39,240 bases of DNA from a virus (taxonomy: Duplodnaviria > Heunggongvirae > Uroviricota > Caudoviricetes), in IMG/VR virus record IMGVR_UViG_2634166457_000020, positions 1-39,240 of that record; one strand, 5' to 3'. Below, in pieces: positions 1 through 7,764 of this stretch (the first letter of the stretch is position 1; every line of letters begins with the position of its first letter). The position numbers were made by a program, and so were the translations under genes. The notes under the pieces are model-generated. The model made no database searches, was not told the DNA's origin, and saw only the letters and a list, made by a program, of their open reading frames with translations.

Positions 1-1251
1 GTGCTTACCGATACAAAATTAAAAAACCTCAAGCCGCAGGACAAACTATACAAAGTCTCCGATCGTGACGGGCTGTATGTAGCTGTGCTTACGTCAGGCA
101 CGGTCTCGTTTCGCTATGACTACCGTATCAACGGTCGCCGCGAAACACTGGTAATCGGGCAGTATGGGCGTGACGGTATCAGCCTAGCAGAAGCGCGAGA
201 AGAACTGATTGCTGCAAAGAAGCTGCTTAAAGCAGGCCAATCGCCGGCTGCGGCTAAACGTGACGGTATCAAAAAGATTCGTGGTGCCGAGACGTTTGCG
301 GTACATACCGACAGTTATATGAAACACGTCATCCTGGCTGACAGTACCCGCGCAATGAAGCAGGCGGTGATCGACCGTGACATACTTCCGGTTCTTGGCA
401 ACAAAATGATGGCTGAAATTACCACATCGATGGTTCGTGATTTGTGTGACCGGATTGTCGAACGCGGTGGCCGGGCAACAGCAGTACAGGCCAGGGAGAT
501 TATCAGCAGCGTATACCGTCACGCCAATGACCGTGGTCATGGTTTGTTTAATCCTGCGGCTGACATTAAACCTTCGTCTATCGCCATATTTAAACCACGA
601 GAGCGAACACTGACACCAGAAGAAATTGGCCTGTTCTTCCGCACGCTGGATGCCATTGGTGCTATGGGCACTATGAAAATGGCTTTAAAGCTGGTGCTTA
701 TCACTATGGTTCGTAAAGGCGAATTCACCAATGCAACGTGGGATGAAATAGATTTTAAAAAATGGACATGGACAATTCCTTCAGACCGCATGAAGGGAAG
801 CCGGGCGCACGTTATTTACCTTCCTAAACAGGCACAGGATATATTGGTTGGGTTGCAGATGTGCGCTGGTGGAAGTGAATATCTGGTTCCTGGTCGTTAC
901 AATTTCCGGAAGCCATTATCTAATGCCGCGCTGAACTCTCTGATCGACAGAACGGTGAAAATAATAAATGAAGATGGTGAGCATATTCAGGACTTCACCG
1001 TACACGATATGCGCCGTACAGCCAGTACGTTGTTGCATGAGGCTGGTTATCCTTCAGACTGGATTGAAAAGGCTCTGGCACATGAGCAGAAAGGTGTGCG
1101 CGCCGTATATAACAAAGCGGAATACGCCAGACAGCGCGCCTACATGTTGCAGCAGTGGGCCGATATGATTGATTCCTGGATTAACGGGGAGCATACGGAT
1201 CTGATTCCGTTCTCCCCGTCGAAGTTTGAGAAGTGGATGGCGGGGGAATAA
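1..1251 (+). CDS. int: Tyrosine-type site-specific integrase (P4-like), 416 aa, GTG start at window position 1
   Basis: Full-length ORF; N-terminal MLTDTKLKNLKP typical of P4-family integrases; C-terminal catalytic region HDMRRTASTLLHEAGY ... LAH ... VYN consistent with the R-H-R-Y tyrosine recombinase signature. Confidence 0.9.
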   Translation: MLTDTKLKNLKPQDKLYKVSDRDGLYVAVLTSGTVSFRYDYRINGRRETLVIGQYGRDGISLAEAREELIAAKKLLKAGQSPAAAKRDGIKKIRGAETFAVHTDSYMKHVILADSTRAMKQAVIDRDILPVLGNKMMAEITTSMVRDLCDRIVERGGRATAVQAREIISSVYRHANDRGHGLFNPAADIKPSSIAIFKPRERTLTPEEIGLFFRTLDAIGAMGTMKMALKLVLITMVRKGEFTNATWDEIDFKKWTWTIPSDRMKGSRAHVIYLPKQAQDILVGLQMCAGGSEYLVPGRYNFRKPLSNAALNSLIDRTVKIINEDGEHIQDFTVHDMRRTASTLLHEAGYPSDWIEKALAHEQKGVRAVYNKAEYARQRAYMLQQWADMIDSWINGEHTDLIPFSPSKFEKWMAGE

Positions 1252-1254
1252 CGT

Positions 1255-1449
1255 TTAATTATTCTGCTGATTTTCTTCCATCTCGTCTTCTGCTGCCAGT
1301 GATTCAATTTTATCTGTGAACATTGCTGACAGTGTTGCAAATTCAGCATCAGTGACAGCGGGAATTGGAACAAACCTGATCCCGCTGTGTGCAAGCATGT
1401 TTGCAGTTTCAAGGCATTTCCTTAAATCTGCTGGTGATGCCCTGTTCAT
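1255..1449 (-). CDS. Small acidic hypothetical protein (64 aa, C-terminal EDEMEENQQNN), last gene of cargo operon
   Basis: Internal Met of the 1255..1569 ORF; its ATG (1449..1447) overlaps the methyltransferase stop (1448..1446) as ATGA, indicating translational coupling; no recognisable domain. Confidence 0.4.
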   Translation of the reverse strand: MNRASPADLRKCLETANMLAHSGIRFVPIPAVTDAEFATLSAMFTDKIESLAAEDEMEENQQNN

Positions 1450-2093
1450 GCTGCACGCTCCCGCCCCTGGTTGTCTGTTGGTGACAGCGGAGCATTGCTG
1501 AATGCATTTGTTAATCTGGCAATATCCAACGCGTATCCAGGGTGTAGTTGCACTGCCGGGTCTTCGCACTGATTACCCCAAACATCGAAGCCATGAGACG
1601 ACTGGCGGGCGAACAGTTCAATGCGAGAAACATCGCCTAACAATTGCACAAGTTTTTCACGCACGACATCTGGTTTTCTTGAATGCTCAAGCCGCGGTGC
1701 GGTAAATGACTGAACGATCCCTGCATTAATGCGCGTAGGTAGTTTTCCCTTTACCGCAAACAGGCAATCTTCACTATTGGCGCGAGTCATGTGTCCCATA
1801 CCCATAACCAGTTTATCTGGTTGTCGACTACCACATTTTATCCACGTGAATCCCTTCATGGTCATCAGACGGAATCCCCAGGCTTCAACAACTTTTAGTG
1901 CTTCGAGTGGTTGTGTTGGCACCCACCACATTGCCAACAGACAGTTTTCATCGGACAAATCCCACACAGGAAGGCGGCAGATATCCAGCACACTCATAAC
2001 CGGATATTTAAAACCAGCGCCGCGATTACCATCTGCGGCTTTGTCCCGGTATACCCAGGGTGGATCTGCATAGATTAGCGTGTATTTTTTCAT
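1446..2093 (-). CDS. MT-A70 family (beta-class) N6-adenine DNA methyltransferase, 215 aa
   Basis: N-terminal catalytic motif IYADPPWVY (DPPW) characteristic of MT-A70/N6-adenine methyltransferases; start taken at MKKYTLIYADPPW (ATG 2093..2091), which overlaps the upstream gene stop (2092..2090) as ATGA. Confidence 0.8.
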   Translation of the reverse strand: MKKYTLIYADPPWVYRDKAADGNRGAGFKYPVMSVLDICRLPVWDLSDENCLLAMWWVPTQPLEALKVVEAWGFRLMTMKGFTWIKCGSRQPDKLVMGMGHMTRANSEDCLFAVKGKLPTRINAGIVQSFTAPRLEHSRKPDVVREKLVQLLGDVSRIELFARQSSHGFDVWGNQCEDPAVQLHPGYALDIARLTNAFSNAPLSPTDNQGRERAA

Positions 2094-3193
2094 TGTTCTG
2101 CTCCCAGACTTCCTTTGGTAAAAGCTTGTATCAGCCTGTTTGCTGCCGCTTTCTGTGCTGCTACATTGGCAATAACTGATAGTTTTTCCTGGCTTGCTTT
2201 CGTGCAGATCCCAACCCAATTATCCATTAGGAAAAAATTCTCTCTTTCTGCGAAGTCAGTATTTGCACATAATGTTTCAATCATTGAAATTATTTCTTTT
2301 ATTGAGTGATTAACCATCATTTGCTGAACAGCATAACCAAAAGCGTTAATCATCACTGCATGAAACTGGATATATTCTCTTTTGTATTCTGATTGCTTTG
2401 TACCATGGCGAATTGCTTCTAGTTGTGTAAGACATAACCATGATTCCCATACTGACTCGATGTTACCAATTTCTAGTTTTTTTCCATTATGAATACAAAA
2501 TTTTGATGTTGAATCACTTAATGCTTTGAAACTCACCCACATGTTTGACTTTGACGGAACAACGTTGTGCTCGAAGTCAGTGACTTCTGCAAAAGTGTCA
2601 TGTTGCGACAGGAAAGACACCATTTCTTGGGCAACATCGTTTCGTCCGTCATACGCCATATTAATTGCTGCAGATGGTTTTGAAACATTATTATTAATGT
2701 CAGAAAAGAACTGCTGACGCGCCTTCAAAGGAAGGTTATGCGTAAGTATAAGAGGAATCATAATTGTTTCACCATAATTACGGCAGAACTCAGCTAATCC
2801 TGCAGCACGATGCTGTCCATCAAATAATTTTATTTCTGCATCCATAGGAAATCTAGCTAAACCGACATTAGTATTTCCAATCTCATGGAACTCTATTTCT
2901 GAGTTACAATTTCCGACCAATGGTGGAACAATAAATGGTTCCTTTTTCTCGTAAGCGTTGACTAAATATTGATAAAACTTTTTTACCCTGGTTGGATTAA
3001 TTTCACGTTGAGAACGTTCAAGGGTACTTCCCGTATTGTCGGTTGCCAATACTCTCGATAGTGCTCTTGCTGGTACTGTCATCATAAGTATTACAGTGCT
3101 TCCCTGCGTTCCTCGTGATGCGGGAAATTCAAAGAAATAATCGCCTACCTTGCTCATGATATTACCTTTTATATTATTGTTTTGTTTATTCAT
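2090..3193 (-). CDS. DGQHR-domain protein (DndB-like / ParB-like DNA-binding), 367 aa (or 355 aa if start is ATG at 3157)
   Basis: Contains the FDGQHRAAGL motif defining the DGQHR domain family; tight coupling to the downstream methyltransferase. Confidence 0.7.
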   Translation of the reverse strand: MNKQNNNIKGNIMSKVGDYFFEFPASRGTQGSTVILMMTVPARALSRVLATDNTGSTLERSQREINPTRVKKFYQYLVNAYEKKEPFIVPPLVGNCNSEIEFHEIGNTNVGLARFPMDAEIKLFDGQHRAAGLAEFCRNYGETIMIPLILTHNLPLKARQQFFSDINNNVSKPSAAINMAYDGRNDVAQEMVSFLSQHDTFAEVTDFEHNVVPSKSNMWVSFKALSDSTSKFCIHNGKKLEIGNIESVWESWLCLTQLEAIRHGTKQSEYKREYIQFHAVMINAFGYAVQQMMVNHSIKEIISMIETLCANTDFAERENFFLMDNWVGICTKASQEKLSVIANVAAQKAAANRLIQAFTKGSLGAEQ

Positions 3194-3452
3194 AAACCAC
3201 CCCGCAACATCCTATGCCGCTATAGTCGCCACGGCGAAGGCCGTTACCTTTTGTGATACATTGGTCCCTGCGAACCGCGATCCTTGCACGCTCAACATCA
3301 CCAGAAGCAACATCCATACACTGAAGCCAAAGGTGAGCGGCAATGCGGAACTGCCCTTTTTTCTCTCTTTCAATCGCGCGTTTTTCGATCTCTATCGCCG
3401 CAGGAGTAACGGCGACAATCTTTGACGGACTGCGCATTGAAACCTTGTTCAT
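3186..3452 (-). CDS. Small hypothetical protein, first gene of cargo operon (about 83-99 aa; start uncertain: 3485, 3452 or 3437)
   Basis: ORF 3186..3485 on minus strand; its stop overlaps the start region of the DGQHR gene; no recognisable motif. Confidence 0.35.
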   Translation of the reverse strand: MNKVSMRSPSKIVAVTPAAIEIEKRAIEREKKGQFRIAAHLWLQCMDVASGDVERARIAVRRDQCITKGNGLRRGDYSGIGCCGVVYE

Positions 3453-3594
3453 GTGATATTTTTCAAGTCGGCTTAACTTTCTCACTTAATCCAACCCTCT
3501 CTGAAAATTAATGCCAGCAGATAAAGCCATGCTGAAACAGAGGCCAGAAATAAGTACCATCCTGACCATTTGCTCCAGTGCCTTAGCAGCACAC

Positions 3595-3843
3595 TCATGC
3601 AGCGTTGCTCACAGGACGATATACACGTTGCTGAACAGGAGGCTTTTTACCCTGGAACTCTGCCGGGCTTGCTGCCTGACGTTCATCAAGCCAACGCTCA
3701 ACTTCGTCACGGTTCCATGCGCAGCGTTTGTCAGTGATATACCAGCGTTTAGGAAATTCACCTGCGCGCTCCATACGGTCGATAGTGCTCCATGACAGTG
3801 GCACCACCGCCAGGAGTTCCTTCTTACCTAATGCACCTTTCAT
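3595..3843 (-). CDS. alpA: AlpA-family excisionase/transcriptional regulator (Xis-like), 82 aa
   Basis: Sequence LLAVVPLSWSTIDRMERAGEFPKRWYITDKRCAWNRDEVERWL matches the AlpA/Xis winged-helix pattern; sits near int. Confidence 0.7.
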   Translation of the reverse strand: MKGALGKKELLAVVPLSWSTIDRMERAGEFPKRWYITDKRCAWNRDEVERWLDERQAASPAEFQGKKPPVQQRVYRPVSNAA

Positions 3844-3892
3844 AAATACCTCTCTTGGTTGCAGTGCGGCGCGCGTGGCGCCGCGGTGGTGG

Positions 3893-4915
3893 TTACTCGA
3901 ATTCTGGACGCATATCGTTAAGCGTCATCATGAATTTTTGGTGATATTCATCACCGAGCTTTTCAGCCATGGTGTTAATTTCATTTTCAGCGCGCTTGAA
4001 CATCGTTTTTGCATCTTCAGCAGATGGATCCAGGCTATTAAGTATCGCGATGATATATTCTCGAGCTTCTTCTCGTTCTGAATCTGAAATTGGCGATAGG
4101 TGTTGACGCTCATCGTCAACTACGGAATATTCACCAGTGATAACAGCTGCGTTATCTTGGCTAAGTCCAGCTTCAGCGCGCTCATCCATAACAACAGCCT
4201 TCTGCATTTCAATAGAAACAGGAAGATATTTGAACAGTCGGCGAATTACTGTTTTTTTAGCCATCTCATCGAAGTGATCAACCCATGGGCCACTGCTACC
4301 GGCTTTGCTCAGTGCACGAACTTTCTCAACGTCTGCCCGGCTCATAACTTCAAATTGGACTCCGCCATCTTTCAGTCGTGCAACGGCGTAAACGTGCGTT
4401 AATTCTCCGCGGTCACCTGTTTCGCAAGGTAAATGCTCGAGCGTTTCTTCCAGGCCGTATGAGTAGCTGAATTTGTCGTTTGTATGTACGGTACGAGCCG
4501 AGATGCTCAGGATCTGCCCAGAGCGGCGGGCAAGGTCAATCATTCCGCGATAGCCGATAATCAGCTGTGCTTCTGTAGATACGGTTTCCCATCTTCCATT
4601 TACTTTCTGGCGTTTGTCGAACGGTATCAGGTAAGCGTGTCCAAGAGCTCCGCCTGGTTCAAGACCCAATTGGGCACATTGCATAATTGCCCCCAGGAAG
4701 CTGGCTTGGTCGCATGATGCAAGTTTTGGAACCTTTCGGATCTCTGTGGTTGCTATGCGCGCCAGACGGTCTGCTGTCATGTGCTTTGGAAGTGCCAAAG
4801 CCATCTGAGCTTTAATTTTTGGGTCTGCCAGAAGTCCGGCCAGAGTTGTTGGTTTCTCATTATGATGTGCAACTTGGTTACCGGTAGCCGCTGCCTTAAG
4901 TGCATTGATAGACAT
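3893..4915 (-). CDS. recT: RecT-family single-strand annealing recombinase, 340 aa
   Basis: Length and sequence character typical of RecT; immediately downstream of a YqaJ-type exonuclease in the same operon. Confidence 0.8.
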   Translation of the reverse strand: MSINALKAAATGNQVAHHNEKPTTLAGLLADPKIKAQMALALPKHMTADRLARIATTEIRKVPKLASCDQASFLGAIMQCAQLGLEPGGALGHAYLIPFDKRQKVNGRWETVSTEAQLIIGYRGMIDLARRSGQILSISARTVHTNDKFSYSYGLEETLEHLPCETGDRGELTHVYAVARLKDGGVQFEVMSRADVEKVRALSKAGSSGPWVDHFDEMAKKTVIRRLFKYLPVSIEMQKAVVMDERAEAGLSQDNAAVITGEYSVVDDERQHLSPISDSEREEAREYIIAILNSLDPSAEDAKTMFKRAENEINTMAEKLGDEYHQKFMMTLNDMRPEFE

Positions 4916-4924
4916 TTTTTCTCC

Positions 4925-5824
4925 TTACTTCATTCTGAAGACGCGTTGTGTCGTTGTTGTTTTGAATTTTTCGAATAACTCAGGGTGTACTGACTGGAAT
5001 AGCTTCTGGTCGAATCTGTTGCTGATCTGAGATTTCCATGTGCAGAGCGGCTTTCCGTCCAGGGTCAGGACTGAGTGCTCTTGCATGTACATCTTCAGCT
5101 TCTCTTCTGATATAGCTATTTCTTCTTCCAGTGATTTTCTGCGTGACTTCATGTCTCGTAGATCGTTGAATAGTGCGAGTGCCTTTCCGTCAGCCTCGAT
5201 ACTTGTCCCGGCCTCTTTCTCAAACATCAGCGATACATCGCTTACGCTGGTAGCTTCCGGCGGGTTAAGATTTTTCACTCGGTCCCAGAAAGCGATTTCT
5301 TTTTCTAAGATCGCCTGGATAGTTTCTTCATCACGCTCAACCCGATAGATTCGGAAGTCGTCGCCACCGATAAGCACACCGAAAACGCATACCTGTTTGT
5401 TTGTAACCATCAACCCGTGCATGGCCTGGGCCGTGTAATGCACAGGAATTGCATCTGTCTGGATTTCTCCCCATTCTTTGGCTTTGAACGGACTAACTGT
5501 TTTTATCTCAATGTTCTCGCCTGACGCTGCTTCTGCATCGATCTCAGCTGCAATAAAATCGTAATCACGGTGGATATAGCGGTTTCCGCGATGAACGATT
5601 TCCATCCCTGTTTCCTCAGAAAGCAGGTCTATTACGTATGGCTCCATACGCTGGCCACGCGTGAAAACTTTCTGCTTGCTTGGGTCTACTGGTTTGACAC
5701 GTGGCTGGACCTTATCCAGATAAACCTCAAGCGGGGTGCGCCATGGGCTAATTCCAAGAATCCCTGCAACATCGCTTCCTCCGATGTATTTTGTTCTATC
5801 CATGATTCCAGCGTTCCGCATCAT
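4925..5824 (-). CDS. YqaJ-like (lambda-exonuclease-like, PD-(D/E)XK) recombination exonuclease, 299 aa
   Basis: N-terminal RTKYIGGSDVAGILGISPWRTPLEVY matches the YqaJ viral recombinase exonuclease pattern; start ATG (5824..5822) overlaps the upstream gene stop (5823..5821) as ATGA. Confidence 0.75.
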   Translation of the reverse strand: MMRNAGIMDRTKYIGGSDVAGILGISPWRTPLEVYLDKVQPRVKPVDPSKQKVFTRGQRMEPYVIDLLSEETGMEIVHRGNRYIHRDYDFIAAEIDAEAASGENIEIKTVSPFKAKEWGEIQTDAIPVHYTAQAMHGLMVTNKQVCVFGVLIGGDDFRIYRVERDEETIQAILEKEIAFWDRVKNLNPPEATSVSDVSLMFEKEAGTSIEADGKALALFNDLRDMKSRRKSLEEEIAISEEKLKMYMQEHSVLTLDGKPLCTWKSQISNRFDQKLFQSVHPELFEKFKTTTTQRVFRMK

Positions 5825-6120
5825 GCCGCGTCCCTCTGCCCATCAAGCTGATCAGCCAGATCCCAGCGGGCGATAATTGCCATTGCCTCGCGCCGGTAGG
5901 CATCCATTAGTTCTTCGAACTCAGGGCTGTCTTTAGCGGCCTCCAGTACTTCCTGGCGAACGCCTTTAACTGTTACAACGTCGAAAGTTGATGCCAGTTG
6001 ATGAAGCCGGATACTCTCAATCAGTTCAACTTGTCGGTCATATAGCTGTTCTGACAGGCGGTAGTCCTTGTCGAATGCCAGCATGATTTTTTGAAGATTT
6101 TTCTGCTGATTAACGTTCAT
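5821..6120 (-). CDS. Hypothetical early protein (about 99 aa, start MNVNQQ)
   Basis: ORF in the leftward early operon; start chosen at second Met because the upstream small ORF stop lies at 6123-6125. Confidence 0.45.
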   Translation of the reverse strand: MNVNQQKNLQKIMLAFDKDYRLSEQLYDRQVELIESIRLHQLASTFDVVTVKGVRQEVLEAAKDSPEFEELMDAYRREAMAIIARWDLADQLDGQRDAA

Positions 6121-6122
6121 TA

Positions 6123-6275
6123 TCAGCCCTCCCATATCTCGTTATCGTTGGCCACATCGCGAGCTTCTTTGCTGACGAAAGCCCACTTAATGCCTTCCTG
6201 TAAGGTGCGGAACTTCCAGCTCATGAATCCGCATGCAGTAACGCAGTACCAACCGTTGATGATTTTCCACTGCAT
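6123..6275 (-). CDS. Small W/C-rich protein (50 aa, MQWKIINGWYCVTACGF...), first gene of leftward early operon; not in the supplied ORF track
   Basis: Manually translated from the minus strand; GAGG Shine-Dalgarno about 10 nt upstream; directly downstream of operator cluster 6282-6371. Confidence 0.4.
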   Translation of the reverse strand: MQWKIINGWYCVTACGFMSWKFRTLQEGIKWAFVSKEARDVANDNEIWEG

Positions 6276-6281
6276 AACTTG

Positions 6282-6371
6282 TTACCTCGGTCTGTTACCG
6301 TTGAGGTAATAATTATGCGTATCTGGTTTGGTGTCAATAGATATGAGTTAAAAAAATTACCCATTAGGTAA
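6282..6371. promoter_or_regulatory. Leftward operator/promoter cluster (OL-like): TTACC-GTTGA-GGTAA (6295-6309), TTACC-CATTA-GGTAA (6357-6371), extra TTACC half-site 6282-6286
   Basis: Perfect 15-bp inverted repeats between the repressor terminator and the first leftward gene. Confidence 0.6.
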
Positions 6372-6383
6372 TCGAATAGGCAA

Positions 6384-6406
6384 TAAAAAAGCCGCCAGAA
6401 GGCGGC
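6384..6406 (-). terminator. Rho-independent terminator downstream of repressor gene (GCCGCC-AGAA-GGCGGC plus U-tract on minus strand)
   Basis: 6-bp GC stem 6391-6406 preceded on plus strand by A-run 6384-6390. Confidence 0.6.
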
Positions 6407-6428
6407 TTACTTACTGAAAAATATGATT

Positions 6429-7013
6429 TTATTGTTTGTTTTTTTCGTTCTGGTTGATGACAAATTCAATGTAACTTTCGATCTTTGCTTTCTCGGTTTC
6501 GGGTAACAATGCGTAGCGCGAGCGATCATAGTTGATGGTCGCAGGGTCGTGCGGGTGAATCAGTAATTCATAGCCGTGACGCCCGAATGCGGATGCAACA
6601 TTCTCCAGGGTGGAAATGGAAACGCTGACCTCATTGTTTAACAGGCGGCTGATTGTCACCTGGGCGACGCCGGATGCGCGGTGAAGTTTTCCCTGAGTTG
6701 AAAGGTCGCGGCTTTCGCTCATCCAGCGTTCCAGGTTGTGAGCCGCCAGCTGACCAATGTCGCTTGGGCCGACAGGCTGAAAACCTTCCTGAGAAAGCGA
6801 GCGATCGATATCAAGCCAGTTACGGGGTTTATTGGCGGCAGCTTCAATTTTTCGCGCAACCTGGTCGCCGATAACCTTCTTGCCAAGAGCCCAGCGGTTT
6901 ACCAGATTTGCCTGAGTTCCAAGTTTTTCTGCCATCCGCGTCTGAACACCATTGAATTCACGGTCGATCAAGTCGTTGAGATTTTGCCTGCGGACGTCCT
7001 GGATACTTTTCAT
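6429..7013 (-). CDS. Phage repressor-like protein with two tandem XRE-type helix-turn-helix domains, 194 aa; no S24 peptidase domain
   Basis: HTH 1 TRMAEKLGTQANLVNRWALGKK; HTH 2 KLHRASGVAQVTISRLLNNEVSVSISTLENVASAFG; located between two operator clusters and divergent from a Cro-like gene. Confidence 0.65.
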   Translation of the reverse strand: MKSIQDVRRQNLNDLIDREFNGVQTRMAEKLGTQANLVNRWALGKKVIGDQVARKIEAAANKPRNWLDIDRSLSQEGFQPVGPSDIGQLAAHNLERWMSESRDLSTQGKLHRASGVAQVTISRLLNNEVSVSISTLENVASAFGRHGYELLIHPHDPATINYDRSRYALLPETEKAKIESYIEFVINQNEKNKQ

Positions 7014-7068
7014 TTTCTGGAAAATCGCCTCATATATGAATCAGTAGATGATTCAATTTAAAGCAATA

Positions 7069-7131
7069 TTACCCAACAGGTAAATGCACCCCATAGGTAA
7101 CTATCCTTGATTTTTGTTACCTTATGGGTGA
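7069..7131. promoter_or_regulatory. Rightward operator/promoter cluster (OR-like), three sites: TTACC-CAACA-GGTAA (7069-7083), GCACC-CCATA-GGTAA (7086-7100), TTACC-TTATG-GGTGA (7117-7131)
   Basis: Three adjacent 15-bp palindromic sites in the 154-bp divergent region between repressor start (7013) and Cro-like start (7168); candidate -35 TTGATT at 7105-7110. Confidence 0.65.
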
Positions 7132-7167
7132 ATATTTATTATCTGAAATAAATATCAGGCAATAGCT

Positions 7168-7398
7168 ATGAGCGATAACGGACATTTCGATTTCAAAAAG
7201 CACTGGCTTGCACTTACTCCGGATGAGCGTGAAGCCTTCGCACAGGAAGCCGGAACGACGAGTCACTATATCCAGACTCACTTAACAGGTAAGCGCAAAA
7301 TGCCAGGTAAGGTATTGATGAATGGGCTTTTTAAAGCCTGTAAAACAAGACAATGGCTGCGCTCAAAAGCAGAACTGGCATACTTCTTCTACTCATGA
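7168..7398 (+). CDS. Cro-like small DNA-binding regulator (YdaS-like), 76 aa
   Basis: Small protein divergent from the repressor with an HTH-like segment (EREAFAQEAGTTSHYIQTHLTGKRK). Confidence 0.55.
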   Translation: MSDNGHFDFKKHWLALTPDEREAFAQEAGTTSHYIQTHLTGKRKMPGKVLMNGLFKACKTRQWLRSKAELAYFFYS

Positions 7399-7420
7399 TA
7401 TCCAGCCACAACCCTCTGTA

Positions 7421-7442
7421 GACCGCCATCCGGCGGTCTTTT
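7421..7442 (+). terminator. Rho-independent terminator after Cro-like gene (GACCGCC-ATCC-GGCGGTC plus TTTT)
   Basis: 7-bp GC-rich stem followed by T-run. Confidence 0.6.
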
Positions 7443-7512
7443 CATATCTATTCGCACCTTAAAGGTAATAAAAAACCAAATCTGGTTGATCTTTTTTTTG
7501 TGTCAGCACAAA

Positions 7513-7749
7513 ATGACCGTAATCCCAATACTAATAACAGGGCTTACCATGGAAATCATTACACGTATTGATGCCGCAAAGCGCGGACTTAAACGCTACT
7601 ACACCGGAAAACCATGTAAGCACGGACATGACAGTGAACGCTGGGTTTACAACGGACACTGTGTTGAGTGCACCATGGAATCAAACCGTCGTATCAGGGC
7701 AGAGATTAAGCAGATCATGATTAATTCCTCCCCACAACATTCAAGCTGA
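7513..7749 (+). CDS. Small Cys/His-rich (zinc-finger-like) protein at the cII position; start uncertain (7486 TTG, 7513 ATG or 7549 ATG)
   Basis: Motif CKHGHDSERWVYNGHCVEC; preceded by a GCACC-TTAAA-GGTAA site at 7454-7468. Confidence 0.4.
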   Translation: MTVIPILITGLTMEIITRIDAAKRGLKRYYTGKPCKHGHDSERWVYNGHCVECTMESNRRIRAEIKQIMINSSPQHSS

Positions 7750-7764
7750 TAGCGGAGATTAATC

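Noticed and set aside
1252-1445. attP core immediately downstream of int
   Set aside because: This interval is occupied by the convergent small gene of the cargo operon and I saw no tRNA-like 3-prime segment there; the attachment site is more likely upstream of int, outside the window.
1255-1569. Full-length 104-aa version of the small ORF downstream of the methyltransferase
   Set aside because: The upstream 40 codons would overlap the methyltransferase C-terminus by about 120 nt; the internal ATG at 1449 that overlaps the methyltransferase stop (ATGA) is the more parsimonious start.
6282-7131. Assigning the TTACC/GGTAA operator to a known host regulator such as GntR-type operators
   Set aside because: Known GntR-like sites share the half-site but not the 5-bp spacer, and I cannot verify any match without a database; the sites are more simply explained as phage operators.
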